Shown here: positions 23,296-36,046 of the stretch, piece after piece | Layout: each line of letters opens with the position of its first letter | Position numbering within the stretch: the stretch's first letter is position 1 | Assembly (NCBI GenBank): GCA_964016885.1 | Contig: OZ024740.1 | Coordinates: 36,890,001 to 36,954,000 of the forward strand | DNA length: 64,000 nt | Source of the DNA: Eledone cirrhosa | Taxonomy: Eukaryota | Direction: 5' to 3' | The notes under the pieces: model-generated | Told to the model about the DNA's origin: nothing | What the model saw: only the letters and a program-made list of their open reading frames with translations | Database searches by the model: none | Translations under genes and position numbers: made by a program

Positions 23296-26200
23296 CCTTG
23301 AATCTCAGTCATTGATGTTGGTTAACTGGAAAGTCCGTTGGATTGAATATCAAGCCACTACCTGCAGCCTCAGATATTCAGGACGTATCGGAGGGTTCTT
23401 GCTGTTCCAAGCAAGCATGCCTTTTGAAGCGTTCCAAAAAGCGTGAAGGGGCCGATTTTCTTTAACCCTCCCTGGAAACTTTTGGAGATAGTCCCCAGTG
23501 CGCCTATGACAATCGGGATCACTTTGACTTCATGGCAGTTCCAAATCCTTTTCACCTCCCACTTTAGGTCCTGGTATCGGTTAATTTTCACCCTCTCCTT
23601 CTCTTGCACTCTCGTGTCGAACGGGCAGGCCACATCCACAATCAGACACGATCTTTTTTCTTTGTCCACAACTACCAGGTCAGGTCAATTGTGTTCCAGT
23701 TTTTTGTCCGTCTGTATCCTAAAATCCCACAGCACCTTCACCTGATTGTTCTCCATCACCGCCGCTGGCCTATGCTCATACCATTTCTCAGAATGTGGTA
23801 AATTGTTTACTTTGCACAGGTGCCAGTGGATCACCCTGCCCATCACATCGTGTCTCCAGCCCTTATAGTGGGTCTGGGCTAGGTGTTTACACTCGGACAC
23901 AATGTGAGCCACAGTCTCCTCTCTCTCTCCACAGATCCTGCACAGTGGGCTAGCCTCCTCCTTGTAAATATGGTGCTTCAACCACTTCGTTTTGAGGGCC
24001 TGCTCCTGCGCAGCCATTAGCATTCCCTCTGTAGCCTTTTTGAGGTCTCCTCTTCTCAACCAGTTCCATGTCTGTGGATCTCTAAATTCAGTTTTCTCAA
24101 AGAAGGTACTATGAAGGGATTTTCCCTTAAGGCTGCTCTTCCTCCTTGATGTTATTTCCTCCTTGGACATCCCCTGGCCTACTGTCCCCTCCTTCAGTAC
24201 AGTTCTGAGCATTGGCTCCTTACTATAGGTCACGTATTTGTATAGGTTGTTTTTCTCCATCTGAACACAGTCCTCTATGCTGATAAGACCTCTTCCACCC
24301 TCAGATCTCCTTAGGTAGAGCCTATCGACATCACTCCTCTTGTGGAACATGTTGTAGATAGTCAATAGCTTCCTAGTCTTCCTATCCATTTCTTTTTGTT
24401 CAGCAACATTCCATCTCAGAATTCCCGCACTGTACCTAATAATAGACACAGCTCGGGAATTTACTGCGCTTATGGCATTTCTGCTGTTCAGATGTGACTT
24501 CAATACGCTCCTTACTCTCCGAATGTATTCAGTTCTTAACAATTCCTTTATTTTTTTGTTCTTTATGCCATCAGCCTCCAGAACGCCCAAATACTTGTAT
24601 CCTTCCTCACAGTCAATTTCCTTTATCATTTCACCTGTTGGTATCTGGATCCCGTTACTTCTGCTCAACCTACCCCTCCTCATCACAATGACTCCACATT
24701 TACCAATACCAAACTGCATACATATATCACTGCTGAAAATACGGACAGTGTCAACAAGCACATCCAACTCCTTCTCACTTTTCCCGAAGAGCTTAAGATC
24801 GTCCATGAAGAGGAGGTGATTGATGGTAAGCTCTCCCCTTCCCAACTTGTATCCTGCTCTCACTTTTCGCAGCATAATGGTCAAGGGCATCAGGGCAAGG
24901 ACAAACAACAGAGGGGACAGGCTATCTCCCTGGAAGATACCTCTCTTGATCTTCACGCTTCCCAAGGATACTCCAGTTGATGTCAACTCTGTCTCCCAGG
25001 ACCCCATACTCCTGCCCAGCAACTGTCTGATGTTGTCTGCCACCCTGAAGATCTCCAGGCTTTTGGTGATCCAAGAATGAGGCACCATGTCAAATGCCTT
25101 TCTGTAGTCTATCCATCCCATGGCAAGATCAGTGTGTCTCCTCCTGCAATTCCCCATTACCATCTTATCAATAAGTAACTGGTCCTTTGTACCACGTGAC
25201 TTCTTTCGGCATCCTTTCTGTTCGTCCGGTAACAAGTTGTTTGTGTGGAGGTGATGGTAGATTTCCTCAGACACAATGCTCGTCAACAGTTTCCACATTA
25301 CGGACAGACATGTGATAGGTCTATAGTTGGTAACATCATTACCCTTGATTCGGTCTTTCATTATCAGAACTGTGGTACCTTTTGTCAACCACTCTGGCAC
25401 CTCACCCGACACCAAGCAGTCATTGAACATGGCCGTCAGCTTCGGGTGGAGGGATGTTAAATGTTTAATCCAATACCCCTGCACACCATCTGGGCCTGGT
25501 GATTTCCAGTTGGTTAGTTTTTTGGCCTGCCCCTTAAGAGTTTAAACTGTGATACTCAAATCAGTTTGTTGTTGTGCCTGCTCACCGATCTCCCTCTGTA
25601 CTGTCTCAATCCACCCTGCCTGGACATTATGTCTAACATCCTGCTCCCATATTCCTCTCCAGAATGTTTTAGTTTGCTCCGCCCCAGGGATCAAGTCGTT
25701 GCCTCTTTCTTTCCCCTCAAGCTGTCCAAACAGCATCTTCTGGTTGTTGTCGAACATGCGGTTCTGTTTATACTGACTGACTCTGTTCTCGTATCGCCTG
25801 ATTTTTGCACTCTTTGCTACAATGCGTTGCTTCAGTTCCTCTATGATAATATTTAGCTTTTTCCTCCTAGTTTTGTATTTTATTTCCAGTCTATTTTTAG
25901 TGCCTATGTTTTTTAGTGTCCCATTCAGTAGTGACTCAAGCTTTCCTATGTCATTTCTCATTTCCCCGATTTGCCCACTCAGTCGCTTCTTCCACCACGG
26001 CTCTGCTCTTTCTTGTCTGTTGTTTCCTCTCGCTTTTATACCAAGTAGTTTCCTCACCGTATTTGCTGTTGCTTTGAGGATAGTGTTGCACTGGTGAAGG
26101 CTCCTCGCCTCAAGGTATGGGATGACTTTGTTTACCTTAGCTGTTGTTTCTTTTAACTTTTTCCTGTCTACAAATCTTAGGTTCATAGGTCTCCCACTAT

Positions 26201-26815
26201 CATTGTTCAATTCATCTACCACTAAATTTAGGATGTCAACCGAATCTTGTCCTAGCCCGTCAGCATTCATCTCCTCAGTGGCCGTATCTCTGTTCCAGGT
26301 ATTATTTATCTCAGTATTCAGATCATTGTCTGCTTCGGGTGGTTCCTCCGTTCTCAGGACCTCTTCACCTTCATTTCCCACTGGCTCGCTTGTCTGGCAT
26401 ACTACACCCGCCATCTCCAAGCCATTCTCTCTGCTCAGTTCCTCCAGTTCCAGCTCGCTTATCCACCCATTCGTTCTTATTACCCGAGCCTGCCCGGCCA
26501 ATTTTTGTTCATCTAATTTAAATAAACCAATCTCGTTCCAGATGTTATGCACCCGTCTCCTGTAGCCCCTCTCCTTGGGGTTACTTTTCAGGTAACATTG
26601 CATAACAGTTCTATTCAATTCTTTCGTCCTGTTGGTTCTGGCCCCTTTCCTTCTTCTCCTTCCTCCAAACATCAGCAGTATTTGGTTGACAGTCAGGTTC
26701 CTGCTGCTGAGCCAGGGGGCACCTGTTGGGTGAGAGTCTGTCACATGACGTTCTAGTCTCCATTTCACCGTTATTCGAACTGTTTATGTTCGATATTTAA
26801 ACACTCTTATCGAGG
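23296..26815 (-). mobile_element. R4/Dong-type RT-REL retrotransposon, family A, full-length copy
   Basis: Flanked on both sides by (TAA)n on its sense strand; single long ORF. Confidence 0.92.
23370..26768 (-). pseudogene. R4/Dong ORF (RT, Zn knuckle, REL endonuclease) with two nonsense substitutions (~25542, ~23685)
   Basis: [73 protein letters not shown]. Confidence 0.92.
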
Positions 26816-26884
<69 letters not shown>

Positions 26885-29800
26885 GAATGCTATGGTTGAC
26901 GGAGGCTCGGCTCTGTAAGGTATTGTAAATTTTGACCGCTATAACAATTGTAAATTGTTTAAAACTTTAACCAACTTGTAGACAAAAACATCCTCCTCCT
27001 CGTGAGAGGGGTCTTTCTGCCCGTTATTTGGCCCTTCGGGGTTAAATAACCAGTTATTGGGGTTTTGTGCCCAATATTTATTTTAAACAAAAAAAAACAA
27101 CATGGCTACGAAAAAAAATTTTCATAGGTCACTCCCACTCATTCCGTCGTCTTCTTCCTCAATCGTCACTACAGCAGAGAGAAGATTGTCTCTCTTCCTC
27201 CCTTCTCTAAATGTGTCTCTCTCCCTCCCTTCTCTTTCGCAAGCGACGCCAGAAAAGAAAAATCACGTGGAAAACGTGCATGATTTCTCCACGACGACGA
27301 CGACAACGACGAAAAAGGTGTGCGGCAAATAGGAAAACCCATTTCATTCGTCTGACGTCAGGAATAATAGCAGTAGCAGCCGTAATAACAGCAGCAGCAG
27401 CAACAGGGACAAGGAAAACGACAGTAGCAGCCACAACAGCATCAGCAGGAGCATAAATAACAACAGCAACAACAACAGCAGCAGCAGCAGCAACAACAAC
27501 AACAACCACAGCAACAGCGGCGGCGGCAGTAGTCGTAGTACCTGCAGCAACAACAGAAGTAACAGCAGCTCTGACGACAACAACAACAACAACAACAACA
27601 GCAGCAAAGAAAAACCAATCTCGTTTGCAGGTATCGCAAAGAACCTGGAAACCATCCTCATAACAAATGAGGAATTAGAGGAAGCGAAGAAGATGGTGAC
27701 GAAAACCGGACACCGAGCAATCTGCAAGGCAGCCGAAAAATATTTCGAAACCCAATAGCACTGTACGGTCACGTACCGTACAGTAAGCACAAAATCCCGT
27801 AGGGTTGAAAGAGCCACAGAGGCTCAAATACAAAAAGCCTTAAGGTCTGTGTGGCAGCGGAAAACGCACATCACCCGAGGCAAGAAATATGCCACCGTAG
27901 ACGTGCTTTTTGCCACACCCCAGGAGGCAAAGACTCAATCCTTAGTGACCCTAAGGAGCGAGGAAATGGTGTTGGTGCCCTCCTACTGCGGGCAAAAAAT
28001 TGTGAGGGTCAAACTGACCCACGTCCCCTCCGGGATGGCCCCTTCTTGGCTGGCCGCGTCTGCCCTCGTCGAAATCGAGGACAAAACAACTGTACTGCAA
28101 GTACAGAAAAAAGTAAGAGAAGATTGGGTCGGCACCTCCATTGAGATGTTAATCCAAACCAACCAGGAGTGCATCGAAGCTATCCCGGATGTGATAGACT
28201 TCGATAACGGCACTCAACTGCCCATAAGTGTTGAGGGCAAACGACCGAAATGCTTTCGCTGTGGATCGAAGACTCACCTCAGGGTCTTCTGCAACGAGAA
28301 GACCCTGAGAAAGGAGAAAAATCCCCTCCTTCCGAAACCGGCTCCACGGCTATCAGCAACAGGACAAGCGGCAACCAGGAACGATATGTCCGTGGCACCC
28401 ATACCCACGCCACGGAAATCAAAAACAGCAGCAGCAGTGGAAGTATTAACAACAACAACAGTAATACCAAATGCAGCTGCAACAGAGACTCCAGTGCAAA
28501 CATCACCAACAACAACAAGTGAAAGAGTGGAGCTGGTACCCCTCCCCGACCTCACAGAATCAGACATGGAGTGTGAGGTGGGAGAGGGATGGCAAAAGGT
28601 CGTAAGAAGGCACAAACGCAGAAGCAGCGAATCGTCGCCTTCGAAAAGGGAGGAAAGAAATTAAAAAAGAGTAAAGGCTACTGCAAAGAGACTCACAGCA
28701 GCAACACCACCAACACCATCACCACCCACACTAGCACCACCATCATCACCGGCGACAACCCAACCGCCAACAACAACAACACCTTCAACACCACCACCAC
28801 AAGCACCAACATCGCAAACACAACAAAACACACACACCCAGCAACAACGACAAGAAAATAGCAGAACCACACCCCACCCCCAGAAAAACAAATGCACGCC
28901 AATAAATACACACAACAAGAAACTAATGACTTACATAATTGAACACACAGACATTTCACAGCACGACTACATAATACCAGCACCAATCAAAACGCCAAAT
29001 AACATAAGACTGCTAAAAATAGCACAGAAACAATACACAAACATTAAAACGAAATTCCCCAACGCAGTCGGTGATTTCAGAGACCTAGGAGGGACTCTCA
29101 ACCGAAGAGTATATTCGGACATACTCATAGAAGAGCCGACGACCAGCCGAAGGAACGATTCAACGGTCCCTTCACCAGACGATCAAGTGAAAAGGGATGG
29201 AAAAACCATCCTTCCTCTACGAAAAGTACGGTAAGTGGTCTTTCCCATCTTTTCCACTCTATTTTAAACATGACCTCACTCAGAATAGGCAGTATAAATG
29301 GGCATGGCTTGGGCTCGTCATGGAAGCAGGGTCACCTGCTCAACGACCTCAGGTCACTAAACATAGATGTAGTGGCCATCAGCGAGACCAGAATCTCCGA
29401 AGCACAGGCCTTCGCACCGATCTTCGGCGGCTACGATGTGTACGCATCGCCCAGCTGTCCAGGATCGGGTGGAGGAATTGCTGTGCTTTTTCGGAGATGT
29501 TTGGATCTCGCCATACGGGCCATCTTCATGGACCCAGAGGGTAAGTTGGTGGTGCTGGACGTGACCAGCGGAGACGGGCAAGCTTTCAGGCTAGTGGACG
29601 TCTATGCCCCGACAGGAGCAGGGCGGCCTGTTTTCTTCCGGCGTCTGGAGACCTTTCTTGGAACGTCCCGCTCTTTAGTGTTAGTGGGCGACTGGAACGG
29701 GATCTTAGATGCACGCTGGGACTGTGTGGGATTAGCGGATAGGGGTGGAGGGTGCAAGAGCCTCACCAACCTGCTCATGCGCTTTGAACTGTCTGACAGG

Positions 29801-32800
29801 TACCGATTGGATTTCCCGAATGTGCCAATGTGGACTTGGACAAATTGCATAGGGTCATCCAGATCATATCTAGATAGAGTATTTTGTAGGGAAATAGATA
29901 GGTCTAGCATAGGCTGTCCACAATTCAAGATAGTCAGCTACACGGACCACAAATTCGTGATCTGTGTGCTTGACTTAGATAGGCTTCATAGACGAGGACC
30001 CGGCTACTGGAAGCTAAACGCGTCCTTACCAGCGAGCAAGACCTACAGCGACCGGATTAGCGAACTATTTAAGCGGGCGTTGACGGGGCCATCGTCAACA
30101 ACAAGTGGTGGTTTGCTCTGAAAAGAGCGATTAGAATAGAATCCATTAGGTTTAGTAAGGCTTTAGCAACAGAGAAAAATAGAGCAGAGGGAGAACTAGT
30201 TAGAAAATTAGACGAGGCGCTTAGCAAAGGCATTGCGACCGACGTGCTTGCGGCGAAATTGGCCCTTGACCAATTCTTCAATACAAAGCACGAAGGCTGC
30301 GTTGTCAGAGCTAGGTGCGTGCTCTCAGACACGAGGGGACGAAAGCCGTTCAATGGGCCCGAGTGGCGGAGGCGCGTCGTGGCAACAAAGCCACGATCCG
30401 GTCTTTGGTGGACCACGACGGGCGCATGCAACTCGATCCCGGGCAAATGTGTGAAGCTTTTCAGCGACACTTCGCTCAGCTGTTCGGGGGCAGCGGTGGG
30501 CCGGGTCGAGGGATGGACTTTAGTGTCTACCTCGTCGGACTGCCGCGGCTCTCGGCCACTGAGGCGGAGTGTTGCGAAAAGCCGATAACAGCCGCTGAAG
30601 TAAGGGAGGCAATGACTGGCTGCACAAGGGGTAAATCGCCTGGTTTGGATGGTCTGCCCTATGAACTTTACGTACAGATGCCAGACTTGTTCGGAGGCCT
30701 CTTGGCGGACGTCTACTGCAACTGGCAACAGAACGGGAGAATTCCCAGTTCTGTGAGCCGAGGAGCGGTGGCACTGCTGAGAAAGAATCCGAACAAGGGG
30801 GATAACATAGATAATTTCAGGCCCATAACTCTGCTAAACACAGAGTTCAAGATTTTGGCCAAGGTGCAAGCAAAGAGGTTGGCGCTTGTCGTTGGTGGTC
30901 TGGTGGGAGAGACACAGACATGCGCCATTCCCGACAGATCCATCCACGACAACCTCCACCTCATGCGATACATCGTAGAGAGGGTAGCTAGGGAACCTGG
31001 CACGGGTGGGTCCTTGATCAATTTAGATCAGTCGAAAGCTTTCGATAGGGTCGACCATCGTTACCTAGCGGCTATCCTGAGGGCGGCTGGCTTTGCGCCC
31101 GTATTCAGAGATGGATCGCTGCCATGCACAGCGACATCTGCTCTGTGGTGAGAGTGAACGGTCACCTTTCGGAACCGTTCAACATCATGCGCTCGGTCCG
31201 CCAAGGATGTCCCCTCTCGTCCCTCTTGTACGTATTGACTCTCGAGCCATTACTGCACAAACTGGAGACGTTGAGGGGCGTCCCGCGCGAACTAGGATGC
31301 AGAAGATCCACGTCAGCATATGCGGACGATGTCACCGTAGTGGTGTCGAATGCCAAACACATCGATGCGATCAGCACTACACTAAGAAAATACGAAGCGG
31401 TGACAGGAGCAATGATCAACCAGGAAAAGTCAGTGGGCCTGCAGCTCGGCACCTGGAGAGGCAGGTCCATGCCGTCCAACAGCGTCGTCGGACGCTGGAC
31501 GGACGGACCGGTTAAATTGCTAGGGGTCTGGTTCGGTCCGGACCTCCAGACGGACAAAAACTGGGACGAGGTGACGAGCAGGGTGGCTTCTCTCACCCAG
31601 AAATGGGCGGAGAGGAAGCTATCCCTGAAAGGTCGAGCGGAGGTGGCTAACGCGTACATCGCGTCTGTCATATGCTACCACCTGACCGGCGTACCTTGTC
31701 CTAAGCCCCGCCTGACTGCGCTGGAGCGTTTGCTCTTTCGCTTTTTGTGGAAGGGACGCGCTCCGATGGTCAGGCGCTCCATCTGCTGTCAACACCCGCT
31801 GCGTGGAGGGGAGGGCTGAGAATGCCGTGACTGATGATGCGCAGACACGCGCTCAGGCTACGACATCTCCACCTCTTCCTCGACGGTGATCAGGTGTGGT
31901 CGCCGTTTGCTAGACACGTATTTCCCCAGCTCGTTTCCTTGACGGAGCTGCAGTCCTGGGTCAAGCGAAGACCAAGAGAGAGCGCCTGGAGACTGGAATG
32001 TCTTCAGGCGCTCACAGCCCTCGACCAATCGGGCAATGTGATCGGTGGAAACTCCACCTCGGCGTTCTATAGAGGATTAGTGGAGGGGAAGAGCGACGAC
32101 GTACTTGGGGAAACACTAGGCGTCGACGAAAATCAACTAGCCAATCTCTTCGGAAGAACTTTCGGGCCGGGACCTATGGACAACTTCCAGAAATCTCTGG
32201 CCTGGCAGTGCTACCGAGGAGCCTTGTCAGTTCGGGATAAACTCTACAGGCATGGAGGTGCCGTCAACCGGGCATGTCCGAGATGCGCGCAGAGCGACGA
32301 ACCGTCCTGCACGCACTCGTTCAGTGTCCGACCATTGCTGACTTGTGGGTTTATGTCGAACACTTGCTGTTGCGTGTAGGATGGATCCGGCTATCATCTG
32401 AGTCCATCTTGAGGATTGCCCCGCCCTCTTCCTTTAGCCGGGAAGGGCAGGCAGTGTTTATCTGTCTGGTGGCCTTGGCGAAAGAGATAGTATGGTGGAC
32501 ACGTTTGAAAGGGCTGAAGACGAGCACTTACCTCTTCGGTGATGCCCTGATTAACTTTTTCAAATTTCATTTGAAAAGGAAAATCAGAGTAGAGAGGGAA
32601 GTGCTCTCTTCCCAGCATTTTGTTGAAAGATGGGTGAGAGAAGCAAGAATGGCCCGAGTGAATGGGACTACTCTGAGTACGTATATGTAAATTAAAGGTG
32701 GAAAACTGGGAAAGGGCACTTGCCTTGGTGGTCAGGGTCACTGTGGCCTTTTACTGGGCTTTCTCCACAAATGTCCCTCCGAAGTCTCCCCCCTATTGGG

Positions 32801-32941
32801 GAATCTTTCATTGTTATTTCTTTGTTACATCCTCTGTTTTTGTTTTTTACACGCAGAAATGCCCATTTGTACCGTCCTGTATTGTCCTGCACTGTCCTTA
32901 ATGTCTACTTTATGTAAACCCTTGTGGTTAATAAAGAAATC
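26885..32941 (+). mobile_element. Tx1-type LINE copy T2 (full length, multiply frameshifted)
   Basis: ORF1 ~27102-29234 with CFRCGSKTHLRVFC; ORF2 29270-32690 with APE motifs, GKSPGLDGLP, NFRPITLLN, RQGCPLS, YADD; 5' flank (TTA)n, 3' flank (TTC)n. Confidence 0.93.
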
Positions 32942-32942
32942 A

Positions 32943-33021
32943 TTCTTCTTCTTCTTCTTCTTCTTCTTCTTCTTCTTCTTCTTCTTCTTCTTCTTCTTCT
33001 TCTTCTTCTTCTTCTTCTTCT
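32943..33021 (+). repeat. (TTC)n tract at the T2 3' end
   Basis: About 26 perfect TTC units immediately after AATAAAGAAATCA. Confidence 0.95.
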
Positions 33022-33084
33022 TGCCGTCCTTAATGTTATATATCTCCTTTGGAGGTAATAACGAGACAATTATTCTTATTATTG

Positions 33085-33300
33085 TGTTGGATTGGCAGTA
33101 TCAGTAGAGCATTGGTGGCACCATGCTTCGCAGCATAGTGTTACGTCCCTTTACGTTCTGAGTTTCAAATTCTGCCTAGGTTAGCTTTGCCTTTCATCCC
33201 TAAGGGGTCGATAAAATAAAGCACCATTAAGAACTGGGGTCGATTTAATCGACTTTCCCCTCCCCCCAAATTACTGGCCTTGTGCCAAAAGTAGAAACGA
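33085..33300 (+). mobile_element. OK-like SINE, longer-tail variant
   Basis: GGATTGGCAG head, GAGTTTCAAATTC B box, extra GGGGTCGATTTAATCGAC hairpin, AAAAGTAGAAAC end. Confidence 0.8.
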
Positions 33301-33309
33301 TTATTATTA

Positions 33310-34125
33310 CTAGAAGAAGAACCGCCTTTCGAGCGGTTTTCTGCTAGCATATGTAGTGTGCATATTGGTATTATACGTAAATATATATGCATATAGATAT
33401 ACGTAAATTGAAAAGTAAATTGACATTATCTTCTTCGCCCACTTATTTCTGAGAGGGTCGTGTGAGCAGAGTCCTTCTCAAACACTCCTTCCAGCAAGTC
33501 TGTCAGAAGCAAACATCTCTAACTGATCCAGCTGGATCCCAAAGCGTGACCAGCCAAGCACATGGATAATTATCCAACTATGTTGCTCAGGGTCTACCTC
33601 TGGGTCTCCTGCCGGTTGATTTTGCCTGTAAAATCTGTCCAGTGATTCTTTCCTAAGACATTCTAATCACATGGCCATAGTATCGGAGCTATGATCTCTC
33701 AATCATGAGAAGTAGCGGCTCTACCTGGAGTGACTCACTGATCTCCGAGCTACGCACACTATTGACTAAAGTAACTCCAAAGATCCTTCAGAGGCACCCA
33801 TTTCGGTCGCTGGTATTCGCAATCGTATTCTTTCGGTCATTACCCAAGATTCAAGAGTTGGCAGGAATACCAGGAAGACAGCGAGTTTGGCTTTTACACC
33901 TGCCTCCCTTCTAATTATTGAATGCTAAAGCTGGCACATTACTGCACAGGCTCCTGCATTCCATCACTCGTAAATACAGCCTCGAGATACTTGAGACTAC
34001 CTATTTCAGTGGAACTCCATTCACATGTATATAAATTTGAGCGACTGCTGTCCATCCGTTGCACAATGTATGTGTTTGTGTGAATGTATGTTTGTGTCTC
34101 TAACTTAAAAACGGTGACACACACA
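33310..34125 (-). mobile_element. Helitron 3' end joined to an RTE fragment (mirror of 15655-16342)
   Basis: CTAG and hairpin at 33310-33348; RTE sequence ~33440-34035 homologous to 15745-16200. Confidence 0.7.
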
Positions 34126-34150
34126 AAAACACATACACACAAACACACAA

Positions 34151-34225
<75 letters not shown>

Positions 34226-34344
34226 AGAGAAAGAGAGAGGGGGAGATCACTGGAAGGTAATATCCGTAGTGCTAGAGCACTCAGTCCATGGGACGAGTTT
34301 GGTAGAAGTAGTAACAATTGTTCTCGGTATGGTAAACTAACTGT

Positions 34345-35010
34345 TTGCGTGTTTGCGCATCATCAGCCACGGCATACCCAGCCCTCCACGCAACGGGTGT
34401 TGACAGCAGATGGATCGTCTGACCATGGGAGCACGTCCCTTCCATAAAAAGCGGAAGAGGAGGAGCTCCATTTTTGTCAGAGTTGGGCCGAGGCAAGGCA
34501 CAACGGTTAAGCGGTAGCAGATGACGGATGCGATGAACGCATTCGCCACCTCTGCCTGACCTTTCAGGGACAGCTTCTTCTCGGCCCATTTCTGGATTAG
34601 AGAGGCCACCCTGTTCGTCACCTCGCTCCAGTTTTTCGGACTGAACCAGACCCCGAGCATTTTAACCGGTCCTTCCTTCCAGCGCCCACGACGCTGTCGG
34701 GCGGCATGTACTTGCCTCTCCAGGTTCCGAGTTGCAAGCCCACCGACTTTCCCTATTTTAACTTAGCTCCCGTCGCTGCTTCATATTCCTTGAGAGCGGT
34801 GCAGAGCATCTGGACATTTTCGGCGCTTGACCGGGCCCGCTCTGATTATACGCCTGTTGACTGAGGAGTGGAAAACTGAGAGAGGGTGCTTGCGCTCGTG
34901 GTCAGGGTGGCTGTGGTCTTTTGTGTGGTTTTCGCCGCAAGTGACCCTCGGAAGTTTTCCCCCTATTGCGGAATTTTTGAATATTTTGATATTTCTATCT
35001 TCTTGTTATA
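34345..35010. pseudogene. Tx1 fragment with an inverted 5' part (34345-34825 on -, 3' end on + from ~34827)
   Basis: ORF 34337..34660(-) LGVWF..KWAEKKLSLKG..GGLGMP is joined to a + strand ORF2-end/3'UTR sequence like that of T1. Confidence 0.75.
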
Positions 35011-35564
35011 ACCTTTTTTACACGGCCAAAACCCAAGCTGGAGAGAACTCGTCCATGGATCTCGGATATTTACCCGCCCTAGATAGATAGATTTTTATGT
35101 GTATATTTATATATAAATATATGTGTATATATATGTGTATATGTGTATATGTATATATGTGTATATATATGTATATATGTATATGTGTGTGTGTGTGTGT
35201 GGTGAAGATAATACGTCAGCAATGACGTGTTTGTCATAATGTCGTTATACAGACAGCCAGGCATACAGACATATATTATAAGGAGCGACGGAGATCTTTA
35301 ACCTGGGCCTAACACACCTTTAACAACAGAAAATTGAAAAATAAAAGCTGCAGTAATATCTTTAGACCGCAAGGAATGTATAAATGCAAGTTTGAAGTCA
35401 ATCTGAGTAGAAATGTGGATTTGTGTAGACGTTTCAAAAATGAGGACACACACACACACACAGACAACCACAGTTTTATATTTATATAGATATAAAACTG
35501 TGGTTGTCTCTGTGTGTGTGTGTGTCCTCATTTTTGAAACGTCTACACAAATCCACATAGTATA

Positions 35565-36046
35565 GCCATGGCGAAAGAGGTTTTATGGTGGACGCGTCTG
35601 AAAGGACTGAGGTCAGGCACCTTTCTCTCTGGCCAACAACTGGTCCGTTTCTTCCGATATCATTTCGGAAGAAGGATCAGGATGGAGAGAGAGGTGCTGC
35701 ACCCCAGCCGTTTCTATGAAAGATGGGTGAAAGTGGCGAGAATGGCCCGTGTGAATGGGCCTTCACTCTACATCAGACTATAGGTGAGGAAGATGAAAGA
35801 CCAAGGGAGCACCCCTTCTCTGTGCTCCCGAGGAGAAGGGTTGCACACTTTTTTCGGGGGTGTGTGCGACCCCCCAAGGCGCCTCCTCTCTATTGAGGAC
35901 TTTGTTATAAATTTTATTTTTTGTTATATTTTATTTTATTTTTATATATTGTTATTGCCTCCTCCTTATTGAGGACGCCTTTTTATGTAAACTCCCCCCG
36001 TTGTACTTGTCCCACTTTTGATGCCCTGGTGGCAAATAAAAGAAAC
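35565..36046 (+). pseudogene. 5'-truncated Tx1 copy, divergent subfamily
   Basis: MAKEVLWWTRLKGL..ERWVKVARMARVNG, with a 3' end CCCTGGTGGCAAATAAAAGAAAC. Confidence 0.8.

Noticed and set aside
23240-23446. ORF spanning the Tx1-R4 junction, repeated at 61179-61580
   Set aside because: It is a chance frame made of 3'UTR, poly-Leu from (TTA)n and antisense R4 sequence
26690-26815. HDV-like ribozyme at the 5' end of the full-length R4/Dong element
   Set aside because: I could not assemble the nested double pseudoknot by eye; a descriptor search is needed
29231-29283. Putative ~53-nt GTAAGT...CAG intron fusing Tx1 ORF1 to ORF2 (the motif is also at 20423 in T1 and ~58596 in T3)
   Set aside because: It gives an in-frame fusion only in T2; in T1 it is out of frame and in T3 it creates a stop, so it is unsupported without RNA data
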